Below, in pieces: positions 1 through 10,294 of a stretch of DNA of 20,000 nt (positions within the stretch are counted from its first letter, which is position 1; the number at the start of each line of letters is the position of its first letter). The notes below the pieces were generated by a model, which saw only the letters and a program-made list of their open reading frames with translations, was not told where the DNA came from and made no database searches. A program made the position numbers and the translations under genes. Source of the stretch: Folioceros fuciformis (lineage: Eukaryota); contig JBNGIO010006191.1 of the NCBI GenBank assembly GCA_049999805.1, positions 209,578-229,577 of the forward strand, written 5' to 3'.

Positions 1-1
1 C

Positions 2-2200
2 GCACGCGCCCTGGCGCAGACCACCACGCTCACACAGCTTCGAATCGGAGATGCCGTGCCAGGGAATGTGCCCATGCACATCATTCCCCTGCTCCAAGCT
101 TTGGTGTGGCCCGATGACTCCGACGAGTTTTGGGATTCTCCTCCTCCTCCTGGGCCTGCTGCTTTCAATTACTCCATCACTCTGCTTACTATCGACTGTC
201 CGGGAGGGCAGGAGGCTGTGGAGCCGGGGCTGGGAGAGGCCCTGGCTCGGGTGCTTCGGTCTAACCGTGCTCTCGATCAGCTCTGGGTTGCCAGCTTCTT
301 CGTCACTCGCGGGTTGGGAGGGCTGCGCGACAACACCACCATCACGACGCTCCAAGTGAGGCACAGGCTGTCTTCCCACGATGCTGACATGGATCCTCTG
401 CTGCTATCCATCCTTGGGGAGTGCAACACAATCCAGGAGCTGCAGCTCGAGTTTGAGAAGCCCTTCCGTGCTTGTGGCTTCACCAAGGAACTCTTCCAGG
501 GCTTGAAGGATAACAAACCTGGCGTCAAGAGGCTCAGGTTGGATGGCTGGGACGGGCTCGACGACCACATGTTTCAAGACCTGATTCAATCTCTCCCCAC
601 CAACACCAGCCTGGAGGACGTTTCTATCAAGGGCACCTCGTGGGAACAGCAAGGCAAGACGAAAAAATTGGTGAAAACGTTGAGGGACACGAGAGTGGAG
701 CCGCATCTGTTGGCGTTGCTTGCAGAGTTGGAGTCCGAGTTGCCTGTGCTGCAACGACTCCCACCTTTGGATCTCTGGGGGAGCTACTTCAATTGCACTT
801 GCCAGGACCAGGAATGTTATCACCGCGGGGAGTGGCAGTGGGAGGTGCGCCTGCGCCTGCTCAAAGCCATCGGCAATTGCCGCACGCTGAGGAAGATTCG
901 GCTCAATCCTGCTTGGAGGACGGGTTACAGCGTGACGCAGCAGGAGGCGTTGGCGCTGTTTTCGGGCTTGGAACACAACCTTGTGCTGCGGGAGCTGGAT
1001 TTGTGTGGCTACCAGGGATTTGTGACCACACCAGCCTGCGTACAGGCACTGACAGCTGTCATCCTGACATCGTATCGCTCATTGGAGGTCCTGGATTTGC
1101 GGTATGCGGGATTGAGCGCAGATGGGCTGGGTGACATCGTTTCAGCTCTGCTACGCAATGGCACCTCCTCAGTCCTTACAAGATTGGCTCTCTGCGGAAA
1201 CCACATCGGAAATGCTGTCGGGGCGCAACACCTGGCCGACCTCCTCATCGACTCGCTCACGCTGCGCAGTATCTCGATTAGGAACATAGGCATGGACGAG
1301 GAAGGCGCAGTGCTCATCGCAGAGGCCCTGGCGTACACCTCCACACTGACCGGGCTTAGGATAGGAGATGAGGTGCCTTGGAAACCAACGAAAACGCATC
1401 CAGCGCCCATGCTCACCACTCTCCTGCTCCAGGCATTGGTGTGGCCTGAGTCCTCACATCCGACTTCGCGGGGCCAAGGCCTCAACAATGAGAAGGATGG
1501 GGGTTTGATTACGAGATGGAAGGATATGGGTCATGGCTTTCTCTCGGGATTGAATCACCCGCGGAGTGGCAGAGGCTTAAAGGACGACCTCATGGATGCT
1601 GTTGCTATTCCACTACTCCAAGCTGTCCCTCCGGATCAGGATTCGGCGAGGTGTTCTGGCGCTCGTATTCCCCCTCCCACTGTTTACAATCGCTCCGTCA
1701 CGTCGCTTGTCGTTGAGTGTCGTGGGGGCCAGCAGGTCGTGGACCCGGGGCTGGGAGAAGCCTTGGGTCGCGTCCTTCGCTCCAACCGTGCTCTCAGTGA
1801 GCTCTGGATTGATAGCTTCTTCATCGCTTGCGGATTGGAATCGCTGCGTGAGAGCAGCAACATCACCAAACTCAAACTGGTTCACTCCAAGCACTCGGAC
1901 GACGATGACATGGATCCTATGCTGATCGAGGTCCTTCAAGAGTGCAAGACTGTTCGGCATCTGCAGCTTCAATTTGAGAAGCCCTTCGGTCCATGCGCGT
2001 TCACCAAGGCGTTTTTCCAAGGGTTACACAGCAACCGCAGCATCAAGAGGCTCGTCTTGGATAGCTGGGATGGATTGGATGATGATATGTTCCACGATTT
2101 GATGGGCTCTCTTGGACATGACTCCAACAACGTTCTAGAGAAAATCTCTTGTAAGAAAACATCCTGGGAGAGGGAAGGCTATGTCAAGATCATCGACAGC
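2..2200 (+). repeat. Intragenic duplication of a ~230-aa module (about 2-690 vs about 1319-2200)
   Basis: Matching pairs: ALAQTTTLTQLRIGD/ALAYTSTLTGLRIGD, LLQALVWP twice, CPGGQEAVEPGLGEALARVLRSNRAL/CRGGQQVVDPGLGEALGRVLRSNRAL, DMDPLL/DMDPML, FEKPF twice, WDGLDDHMFQDL/WDGLDDDMFHDL, and GTSWEQQG/KTSWEREG. Confidence 0.9.
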
Positions 2201-2371
2201 AGGCTTGCCCTCCTAAGAGCCACGCGAAACCGCAAGGTATGTGTCCCAGCTGGCCACCCAGTTGTCTTCATCGGTTCCTTCAGAAACCACAAATTGAGAG
2301 CTGACAGGGGAGCTTTTCTGTTCTTACTTGTGCAGGCTCGGAAGGCCAAGTCCAACCTCCGGCTATGGTAA
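2..2371 (+). CDS. Ribonuclease-inhibitor-class LRR protein (TORNADO1/NLRC3-like LRRs), 5'-partial. Exons <2-2236 and 2336-2371, or unspliced because the intron is in frame
   Basis: The frame is open from base 2 (ARALAQTTTLTQLRIGDAVP...), so the gene starts upstream of the window. RI-like LRRs include LRELDLCG, SLEVLDLRYAGL, LTRLALCGNHIGNAVGAQHLADLL and TLRSISIRNIGMDEEGAVLIAEAL. Candidate intron 2237-2335 (GTATGT...TTCTTACTTGTGCAG, 99 nt). Confidence 0.75.
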   Translation, partial: ARALAQTTTLTQLRIGDAVPGNVPMHIIPLLQALVWPDDSDEFWDSPPPPGPAAFNYSITLLTIDCPGGQEAVEPGLGEALARVLRSNRALDQLWVASFFVTRGLGGLRDNTTITTLQVRHRLSSHDADMDPLLLSILGECNTIQELQLEFEKPFRACGFTKELFQGLKDNKPGVKRLRLDGWDGLDDHMFQDLIQSLPTNTSLEDVSIKGTSWEQQGKTKKLVKTLRDTRVEPHLLALLAELESELPVLQRLPPLDLWGSYFNCTCQDQECYHRGEWQWEVRLRLLKAIGNCRTLRKIRLNPAWRTGYSVTQQEALALFSGLEHNLVLRELDLCGYQGFVTTPACVQALTAVILTSYRSLEVLDLRYAGLSADGLGDIVSALLRNGTSSVLTRLALCGNHIGNAVGAQHLADLLIDSLTLRSISIRNIGMDEEGAVLIAEALAYTSTLTGLRIGDEVPWKPTKTHPAPMLTTLLLQALVWPESSHPTSRGQGLNNEKDGGLITRWKDMGHGFLSGLNHPRSGRGLKDDLMDAVAIPLLQAVPPDQDSARCSGARIPPPTVYNRSVTSLVVECRGGQQVVDPGLGEALGRVLRSNRALSELWIDSFFIACGLESLRESSNITKLKLVHSKHSDDDDMDPMLIEVLQECKTVRHLQLQFEKPFGPCAFTKAFFQGLHSNRSIKRLVLDSWDGLDDDMFHDLMGSLGHDSNNVLEKISCKKTSWEREGYVKIIDSRLALLRATRNRKVCVPAGHPVVFIGSFRNHKLRADRGAFLFLLVQARKAKSNLRLW

Positions 2372-3182
2372 CCCGTAACCGTTGGTTGCGACTCTCAGGT
2401 TCTTCGGATCATTACCAAGTTGTTGCTGATGCAACTGGTCCGAGGAAGAAGCCAAAGATATTCCCAACACGGTGGCGGGGCACTCGCCCCAACGGAGCGA
2501 GTGCTGTCTTTCATTAGTGCCCCATATCGCCCGACGCGTGCCATCTGTATACAGTATGTACATACCGTTATCTCGCATTCAGATATGGGAGGAGTGAGAT
2601 TTCGAAGGAACGAAAATCACCATCCCTGGAAGACGAGACGTGACCACATCCTGCATCTGCTTTATGCGAGCTAGCACGCCGCCAGCAAAATCTTGGTCGA
2701 GTACCAATCTCTGCCTCTCAAATTTACATGAGTTGCTCCACGCCACGTCATGTCAGGGGTAATAGGATAGATGAACAGATTCCAAGAAAACGACAAGCGT
2801 ACCCTGAGCAGGGATTTACGCTCCCTCTTGTCTGAAAAGGGTCAACCCACAAACAACCAAACCTCCAGGAGCCCAGCATCTTCAGTTCCCAGAATTTGTG
2901 GGTGGGTACGGGGTTTACCGGCGATGGTCGTCGCCAGGAGCAAGAGCATCTGTAGCAACAATTTTTTGTGTACCGTATCATGCCGTAGGATCACAGACGA
3001 GCTTATAAGATCTACCGATCGTCAGACTTCCGGCGTGAGTGGTCCGGCGAGGTTCCGTGGTAAACCATCACCTGTAAGCCAGCGTGGGTGATGAGCAGCC
3101 GTTACCTTGGATATGCACACGGGTGATGGTATCCACACTACCCGACCTTCCAAGCTGAGCTTTCTGGACCTGGCAGGCGTGC

Positions 3183-5240
3183 GTGATCGGGATGGGCGTA
3201 GTAAAGGTTGGAACCGTGAGCATGTTGTATCAGGAAGGGGAGCTTCATGAGGCCTTCGGAGCCCTGGAATCTCTGGCGCAGAGACTCTGCTATTTCTCAG
3301 TCTCTGTTTTGCACTGTCCTAAAACAGAATTTGGTTATGGGGCGACATATGCACAACTTCAGTGTCAAACTTGGGTACAATTCGATTGCATCCAGGGCGA
3401 ACTGCATGTATATAAGTACATTCAGGTAGGGTATAGGAGGCCATGGATGTGTTCAGCAGGTAGGCAAAGCAGATGTTTTCGCCTTTCTTCCAGCATCTCT
3501 GCATACGCTAAACATGGGAAACCTAATGAGGCAGTGCGTTGGTCCGGAGTGAAAGTGAAGGCTATTGCTTACGTCTTTGTCGCTGCTCTTTCAGCTTGTG
3601 CATCTTCTGCTGACTTGGAATCTGGCAAGGAAGTGCACTGTGATGCAGTGCAGGGTGGCATTTCTCCCGGCTTGTTTGCTGGCGCCAGCCTGGTGGACAT
3701 ACATGCAAAATGTGGTGAACTGAAACATGCACGCCTGGGTTTTCATAGCATGGGCACAAAGAATATGGTGACATGGAGTGCCCTGATAGCTCGGTATGCA
3801 AACTGCAGTGACTGAATAATGCACGTGAGGTTTTTCACAGTATAACCGGACAGGACGTGGTGACGTTGCTCATCTTTTGGCAGCAATTCTTGGCAAACAT
3901 CGGTCTGAATCTTATTTCTGGTTTCATACAGAAGGGCAGGCGCTGCTCTCACTGATTGTTGAATGAGGTCTGCTGGATGGCAAACTGGTGAGCAACCGCT
4001 TGGTGGACACTTATACAGAATGTGGTGAACTGAACTGTTCGTTGTCCGCGTAAGGTGTTGTGGCTTAGATGGGTATACACAGTAAGGACTCGGTCAAGAG
4101 GCGCTTGACTGCATGGACAACTGGACCTCAATTTGGCTGAAAATTTTACTTTCGCTTGCCTGATGGCGCTGATGACTCTCAAAAGGTCAAACAGCTGCAC
4201 TTGCAGACTAACGCAAGAGGACTGCTGGATAACACACTGGTGGGCATGCAAGCAAAATGTGGTCAACTGATGATGCACGCCAGATTTTTAACAGCTCGGC
4301 CACACACCTCGGCAAAGCTCCTTTTTTCTTAACAACTTTCCCCCGAAACCATGGAAGAAAAGGGGCATTGAAGTGAAAAAAAGTGGCACCCATGAATCCT
4401 AGTTTTTGAGAAAAATGACTTTTAGATATTTTTTTAAGAGAAAAATAATTTTCTATTCCATATGCTAGAAAATATATCTCTTCTGGGTATTATCACATAA
4501 GTTATATCACATAAGTTTTTATTTCTAAGTAATAAAAAACAATTTTCATTAAAACAATTTTAAATCCCCAAGTAAAAATTATTTGCCAAGGTCTGCAATC
4601 AATGGTGCCCTAGAGAACGGCAGGCATCTGCACTCACAAATTGTGGAACGAGGACTGCTGGATAACATAGTGTTGTGCACCTAGCTGGTGGCCATATCTG
4701 CAACACGTGGTGAACTGCAAGAGGCACGCCAGGTGCTTGACAGCAAGTTCCCTGACATCTGGGTATGGTGCTTGCGATGGTGGCCAGATACTAGAGCTCA
4801 AGCTTGTTTTGAGAAGATTTCTTTTGTCGCTAGTACACAGCCTGCTCTTTCTCCTTTGAGTAGCAGCTAGTCATGATGGACTAGTCCACCGTCTGATTCC
4901 ATCGCTGAACGGTGATGCATCCTACTATTGAGCACTACACCGGCGTGATCTTCTTGATCGAAGGGGCCATTTAGATGGGGCAAAGACGATGCTATTATCA
5001 TGTCAAGGTACAGGGGCATTGACGCCTTCGTTGAATGCTTGCCAAAGTTACAGAAAAAGAGGGGGGCGATGTGGTGTCTTGAAAGCAGTGATAGACTGGA
5101 ACGTCCTGGTGTGGTTGTGAAGGCTTTGTGGGGCTGGTTCCCCAGGCACGCACATGTGCTGATGGCAAATTCGTATGCGGACGCGGGTAGGGGGGCCGAT
5201 GTAGACAGGACTCAGACACAGAAAAGTGGCAGGAGGTAGC
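3183..5240 (+). pseudogene. Degraded PLS-class pentatricopeptide repeat (PPR) gene with an E domain
   Basis: PPR motifs ISAYAKHGKPNEA, VFVAALSACASSADLESGKEVH and SLVDIHAKCGELKHARLGF..NMVTWSALIARYA. Further fragments are LVDTYTECGEL (~4000), RGELQEARQVLD (~4705), EHYTGV../DLLDRRGHLDGA (~4930-4985) and the E-domain-like HVLMANSYADAGRGADVDR (~5150-5210). Many stops and frameshifts. Confidence 0.8.
4303..4595. mobile_element. Candidate non-autonomous TIR element (MITE-like), AT-rich, inserted in the PPR pseudogene
   Basis: CACACCTCGGCAAA (4303-4316) and TTTGCCAAGGTCTG (4582-4595) are inverted with 12/14 match. They bound an abruptly AT-rich 293-bp block flanked by PPR remnants. No long TSD; only CA on both sides. 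Confidence 0.55.
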
Positions 5241-5857
5241 GAGAAACTTGCAGTCGGGATTATTGAGCTGAGTAAGCCGGTTCAGGTTCTGGTTGGTGTA
5301 AGGAGAGGATGTTGGGCTCAACGTATACAATACCAGTGCACGTGTGAAGCAGGAAGGTCACAGAATTTGTGTTGAAGCCACAGTATGAGAAGGTGCTTGC
5401 TAGATGTGCCCACCATCTACCTCCGACTTTGAGTGGGACACCACTGGTAGTCGAGAAGACTCGGTGGTGTGAGTCTATTTCCTTTCCGACCATCAAAAAT
5501 ACAGTCACACTGAACTTAATTTCTACTTAGTTATTCGAGCCAATATCTGTTTAGGCACTCAAGCCTGAACTGTAACTTCAATCACAATCTGAGAGAATTT
5601 CAATCATGGTCTCTTGGCCATTGCAACATTTGTCGACTTCTTCAGGCGCAATCAGAATTCATTGGAATAATACCCAATCCTTCAAGGAAACACAAATGCG
5701 AATTGGTGAATGTGCCGCATCATGTTCGTAGCAGGAGCACCGGATAACCGCTGGGGAAAACCTCCAGTTCGCATTACACAAATTACCCAGTTGAAGTTGC
5801 GAGTGGCGTCTTAGCCACCCGTAGATACCATTGTCGTATTTAATATACAAGGAACTT

Positions 5858-6765
5858 TCACGGCAAAGCTTCCGGAAACAAGAGCTTCAACCTGGATTTG
5901 AGAGAGTCTTCAATCGTGGTCGGTTCGGCCATAGCTCCGTTTCCGACGTCGCCACAAGCAAGCACTTTCGGAATAGGACTAATTATCACAACGCCAAGTT
6001 CTTCAAGAACCTTCAAATGCGGCTTGGTGAAAGGACTATCCCACATCAACGTGTTCATAGCTGGAGCGACAAAGAACGGCTTTGAAAAATCCCAAGCTCG
6101 CACGATGCAAGTTACCAAATTGTCACAAATGCCATTGGCAACCTGCAAAAGGACAGAAACAGTGAGCTAATTGCACTGCACCATCTCGGCAGTATGAACC
6201 TGTGTAGACAAATGAAAGTAGACGGACTGCGACCTACACAAGGGTGACCTGCACGAAGTCCTGATGTAGGTCAACTTCTCAGTATACCAGACACAAGTCT
6301 AGGATGTATGAGAACGAGACCGAAACACTCTTGCACATTAGGAGGGGTCAAAGTTAGAGTAGATCTCAAATCTTCGACAGTGACAAAAATGTGCGTGACC
6401 TACGACATAAATCAAGACGCCAATGGGCAATCATGGGATGTTCTGACCTTAGCAAGCGTGTTGGCAGAAAGAGGGGCAATCACTAAGGCATCGGCCCATC
6501 GCCTTAACTCAATATGAAGGACAGTGTCCCCTTTCTTCGTCCAGCTTGACCACTCGTGTTCATCGGTATACAATGCCACACCGGGTGACAGAGATCTGGA
6601 GTCGATGAAGTGCAACGCCGACTTGGTGACTACAACGGCTACCTCCGCCCACTGCGACACGCCGACCGCAAGCGCAGTGAGCTTTATGGCTGCCACGCTT
6701 CCTGTCGCCGCAACGATGACGCGGGGCTTCCTCGGCTTGGACTCGACACCGCCACCGGACGCCAT
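5858..6765 (-). CDS. HAL3: Phosphopantothenoylcysteine decarboxylase (HAL3/CoaC flavoprotein), 200 aa; exons 6765-6448 and 6142-5858
   Basis: KPRVIVAATGSVAAIK, VLHIELRRWADALVIAPLSANTLAK|VANGICDNLVTCIVRAWDFSKPFFVAPAMNTLMW and LACGDVGNGAMAEP. Catalytic His and Cys are present. Phase-0 GT-AG intron 6447-6143. Confidence 0.95.
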
Positions 6766-6811
6766 ACGGCCACAAAACCTAATGTCCACAGCAGCCCATA
6801 CGACGGTGTCC

Positions 6812-7239
6812 TCGGGCGTCAGCCACAGTCCGCCCAGCAGCAGGGACCGTACACTGCGCTCTTCTGGCACGGAGCTTGTCCTGCGGCTTCCTGCTTAATC
6901 CAGTTTGCTGCCCGCTTCACCTCTTGTTGCACGGTTGAGCAAAACATTAGTTGCCAAGACACGCAAGGGGCCGTTCGAGAACATCCACAAGCGGGATGTC
7001 ACAGACCACTTGCCTACAGCAAGCGGCTAGCTGATACTTCAGCACATTGCACTCTCCAAAGAAATTAGACACGGAATGTTCGGGACACCTCTTGAACTGC
7101 TTGACGCTCTGCACAGGAAGCAACTTGAAGACTCCACTAATCGCATCCCAACTGCTGCACAAGCGAGACATCCTTGATCGCGGAGTTCACTTACGTTCGG
7201 GCACACAGGATCCTGGCGGAAAGCCAGCTCTGGCAGGTT
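6812..7239 (-). pseudogene. CMC2: Pseudogenized copy of CMC2 (COX assembly twin-Cx9C protein)
   Basis: Collinear with the intact copy at 10295-10724. The start ATG is replaced by AAC (7239). Exon 2 reads SVKQFKRCPEHSVSNFFGECNVLKYQLAACCRQV. The intron-2 acceptor CAG has become CAA (6927-6928), there is a 2-nt deletion near 6900, and the stop TGA has become CGA (6812-6814). Confidence 0.88.
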
Positions 7240-7761
7240 TTTGCCCTAGAGTGCCACCAACGTGCTAGTGGGTACTTCAAAATATGGAACGAGTGATCGG
7301 AGTGCCCTATAACCACAAACGTCACCGGACCCGGGCCCAACGACTAGCCCCCACCGGGAACAACAGGTCAAATGTTAACATGTACATCTTGCTTTGTTTT
7401 CTTGATGATAACAGAAACTCAACTTCTGATCTCGTCCTCCGCTTCACATAGAATACTTAAATTAGTTGTACTTGGGGGTTGATTTAGGGTGATTGCCGGT
7501 CTTCGTGAGTGATAGAAGGAAGAGCAACAAGAAGTTGACGATGGTGGCACCATGGGAGGCAAAGAAGATCCGCGCATACTAGGCAAACTACGAATTTAGG
7601 TGTAACGCATATCTCTATCGTCGGACAAGATCTCTGACATACCAAAGAATTTTTGCAGATCTTGTCCAGCAATGGAGAGCAGCCAATCACAAGACCATGG
7701 AAACTGTATCTAATACAAAATCCACATTATGGGATATCGCCTTATTCACCTCAATATGCAT

Positions 7762-9113
7762 TCAAGCCGCTGTTACGGAGCTTTTCCGTTTTCTTCTGAA
7801 GTACACGGTCCAAGAGTATATTTCCAGTACCATAGCAATGCCCGCTAGTATCGCCAACACTGCAACATACACTTTCCTTCTGCTGCTTTGGTCAAGGCCG
7901 ACGTGTGCAAAGAGATTGAAGCCAAGAAATATGTTGGTGGTTGCCAGAAGAATGGCGAGGTAGCCAGCTGTATGGTGGTAAAGATTCCACAAATAACGAA
8001 CTTTGTGCTCTTTGTGTGGCCGCAGGACAAGTGCCAGCACCTATCATCAGTAGCAAACACAGCGCAAATGTCAGTTCATCTCTGCAAGAAACTATCATTT
8101 TTTAGTTCATGCAAACACTAGTCTTAGAGGAGAGAGAAGCACCTGAAGTGTAGATAGCGCGAAGACAACTGTACCAATAGCCCCGTGAGTGATACGTTTG
8201 TCATCTCGGTTGTCCACTGCGTATCGCAACCTGATTCCGACAGCCCAGCCTGCCAATCCGAGGATGTACCCCGACACTTGGAAGGTTATGTGAGCATAGA
8301 ACCAGATAGGGTCAAGGGACTTGAAGGGCCTAGCGTATCTGGCGACAATCACTCCAACAGGTAGAAGGAAGCCCCAGGCCACGGCGTTCAGGATTGCATG
8401 ATTCTGTACGAAATGGGAGCACAGAGTTTAGTCTGCAGTAAAGTATAGCAGATCCACACGGAGAAGCATAACGCACAGGTACCCACAAATTTGAGCTGCC
8501 GGTAAGGATAAACTCCTGGAGGGGCAACTCCAGGACCCCTGCTTGTCAGGGAAATGGTGGAGAAGTAGTTCTCGTAATCGTTGCCATTATCATGTGCCAC
8601 AGGCACGCCACCTCTAACAGGTCCAGAATTCCACAGCAGATTCAAGGACTCCGCACTGTACAAAACGGAAGCGAAGATCTTCACGGTATCCGTGCCGAAC
8701 TCTGCAGAGTAGTTAAGAGCGGTGACAAGTCGCTCCCCGGGAGTGGTGAGCGGCTTACCATCGTTCTGGCTGCGGCCCATTTGGAAGGGCTTCACAACCG
8801 TCAGCCCAGCAACATCTCGCCAAGCTAGAAAGGCAGCGGAACCCGACATCCTGGCGGGGTGAAGGGGATTGATCCCCCATCCTGACCACCGCTGGGTGGT
8901 TGCCGTAGTGTGAGCAGTGTAGGCACCAAGCAGTGTACCGTCATCATGGCTCCACGCGAAGGAAGCCCCGTTGGGTAGGCTCAGGCAAGCACCCAAATTC
9001 AAAACTGACCCATTGATCTCGAAAGTCTGGCTACACTGCTGCGAGTAAACCAAACCCTGCAAAATGCACAACGCAGCAGCTGAACACCACAGCACAATCA
9101 AGGAGGATGTCAT
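7762..9113 (-). CDS. DOMON plus cytochrome b561 domain protein (CYBDOM/AIR12 family), 388 aa; exons 9113-8487, 8403-8143 and 8040-7762
   Basis: N-terminal signal peptide and DOMON motif WSGWGINP..RMSGSAAFLA. Cytochrome b561 motifs HAILNAVAWGFLLPVGVIVARY, WFYAHITFQVSGY, THGAIG and LRP..EHKVRYLWNLYHHTAGY. Both introns are GT-AG and phase 0. Confidence 0.93.
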
Positions 9114-9349
9114 CGTGAAATTTGAAAAGGATCTGACGCTCTAACTGTCACCACTACCTTCACCTGATGAGCTCGGCCCAGGTCCTATTAGTCTAGTACG
9201 CGATTCGCGAAATCCAACTGGCCCTTTCTCGGAAGCCCGGCTTGCTCTTGCCTCGAATGTTCGGGCACTAGTCGGCTCCTGCAGTAATTCGGCACCGTAC
9301 AAAATAGCTAAGGTACATATGGTGGGAGCCGTAGGGTCTGTACTGTTGC

Positions 9350-10248
9350 AGGTAGCAAAAGTCGATCTCGAGTTGAGTACATATGTGTGGTTGGTTCGGA
9401 CATTGCTCCATTACCGACTTCTCCAAGACAAGAATTTTGGAAGAGGATTGATGATGATAGCATCAAGTTCTTCAAGACCCTCAAAGACGGCTTCTAAAGA
9501 TGGACTTATCCCACGTCAACGTGTTCTGCGAAGGGGCAGCCAAAAACTGGTCTCGAATAATCCAAGCTCACACGCTGCAGGTACCAAGTTGTCACAGATG
9601 CCATTTGCACCCTACACAAGAACAGAAGCCGTGAGAACGTTGGACAACACTGGGGACATGAATACGCTAGTGGAACGTGTACGGAGTGTGGCCTACACGA
9701 AGTTCTCAATGTAGGTTTACATCGTAAACCCGAGACAATTCTAACAGGGCTAGCGCTCTGTGAGAACGATACCAAAATAGTCAGGCACATGATCAGGAGT
9801 TGAGGTAGGCGTGGATCGAAATCGTCGAGGGTGACAAAAATGTGCGTGATTTCTGACATCCAAACCTCAGTACGCAATCACAGGGCGCTCTCACCTTGGA
9901 GAACGCGTTGTGAGAAAGAGGGGCAATGTTAAAGGCATCAGCCCATCGCCATCGTTCGATATCAAGCACATTGTCCCATTCTCCTCCACCTTGACCACTC
10001 CTCTTATCCGTGGACAATCCAACACCAAGTGACAGGCGGCAGCTGAACCGGTGTACAATCCAACAAAAGGGTGAGTGACAAAGGGCTAGAGTCCATGAAG
10101 TGCAACTCAGATTTGGTGAGGCTACCTCCGCCCCACTGGGACGTGCCGATAGCAAGCGCAGTGAGCTTTATGGCAGCCAACCTTGCAGTAGCCGCCACGA
10201 TGGCGGGAGACTCCTTGGCTCGGAGTCGGAACCGCCACCAGAAGTCAT
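9350..10248 (-). pseudogene. HAL3: Pseudogenized copy of HAL3/PPC decarboxylase
   Basis: ATG at 10248 (MTSGGGSDSEPR vs MASGGGVESKPR), then a 1-nt frameshift near 10212 followed by IVAATARLAAIKLTALAIG. More indels and an insertion at ~10020-10075. RRWADAFNIAPLSHNAFSK ends at a conserved donor (9894). Exon 2 starts at 9611 (ANGICDNLV) and is frameshifted, with the ACGD motif destroyed. The intron is also homologous (GTGACAAAAATGTGCGTGA in both copies). Confidence 0.9.
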
Positions 10249-10294
10249 GCGGCCGCAAAACCTAGTCCCCGCAACACTGCATGACAAAGTGTCC

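Noticed and set aside
2420-3091. Short ORFs downstream of the LRR gene as a Roc-domain continuation or separate gene
   Set aside because: No P-loop or other recognisable motif and no convincing exon structure.
6766-6870. 35-aa N-terminal extension of HAL3 in the ORF track (GTG start)
   Set aside because: It is the spacer plus decayed CMC2 exon 3 read in another frame. HAL3 homology starts at ATG 6765.
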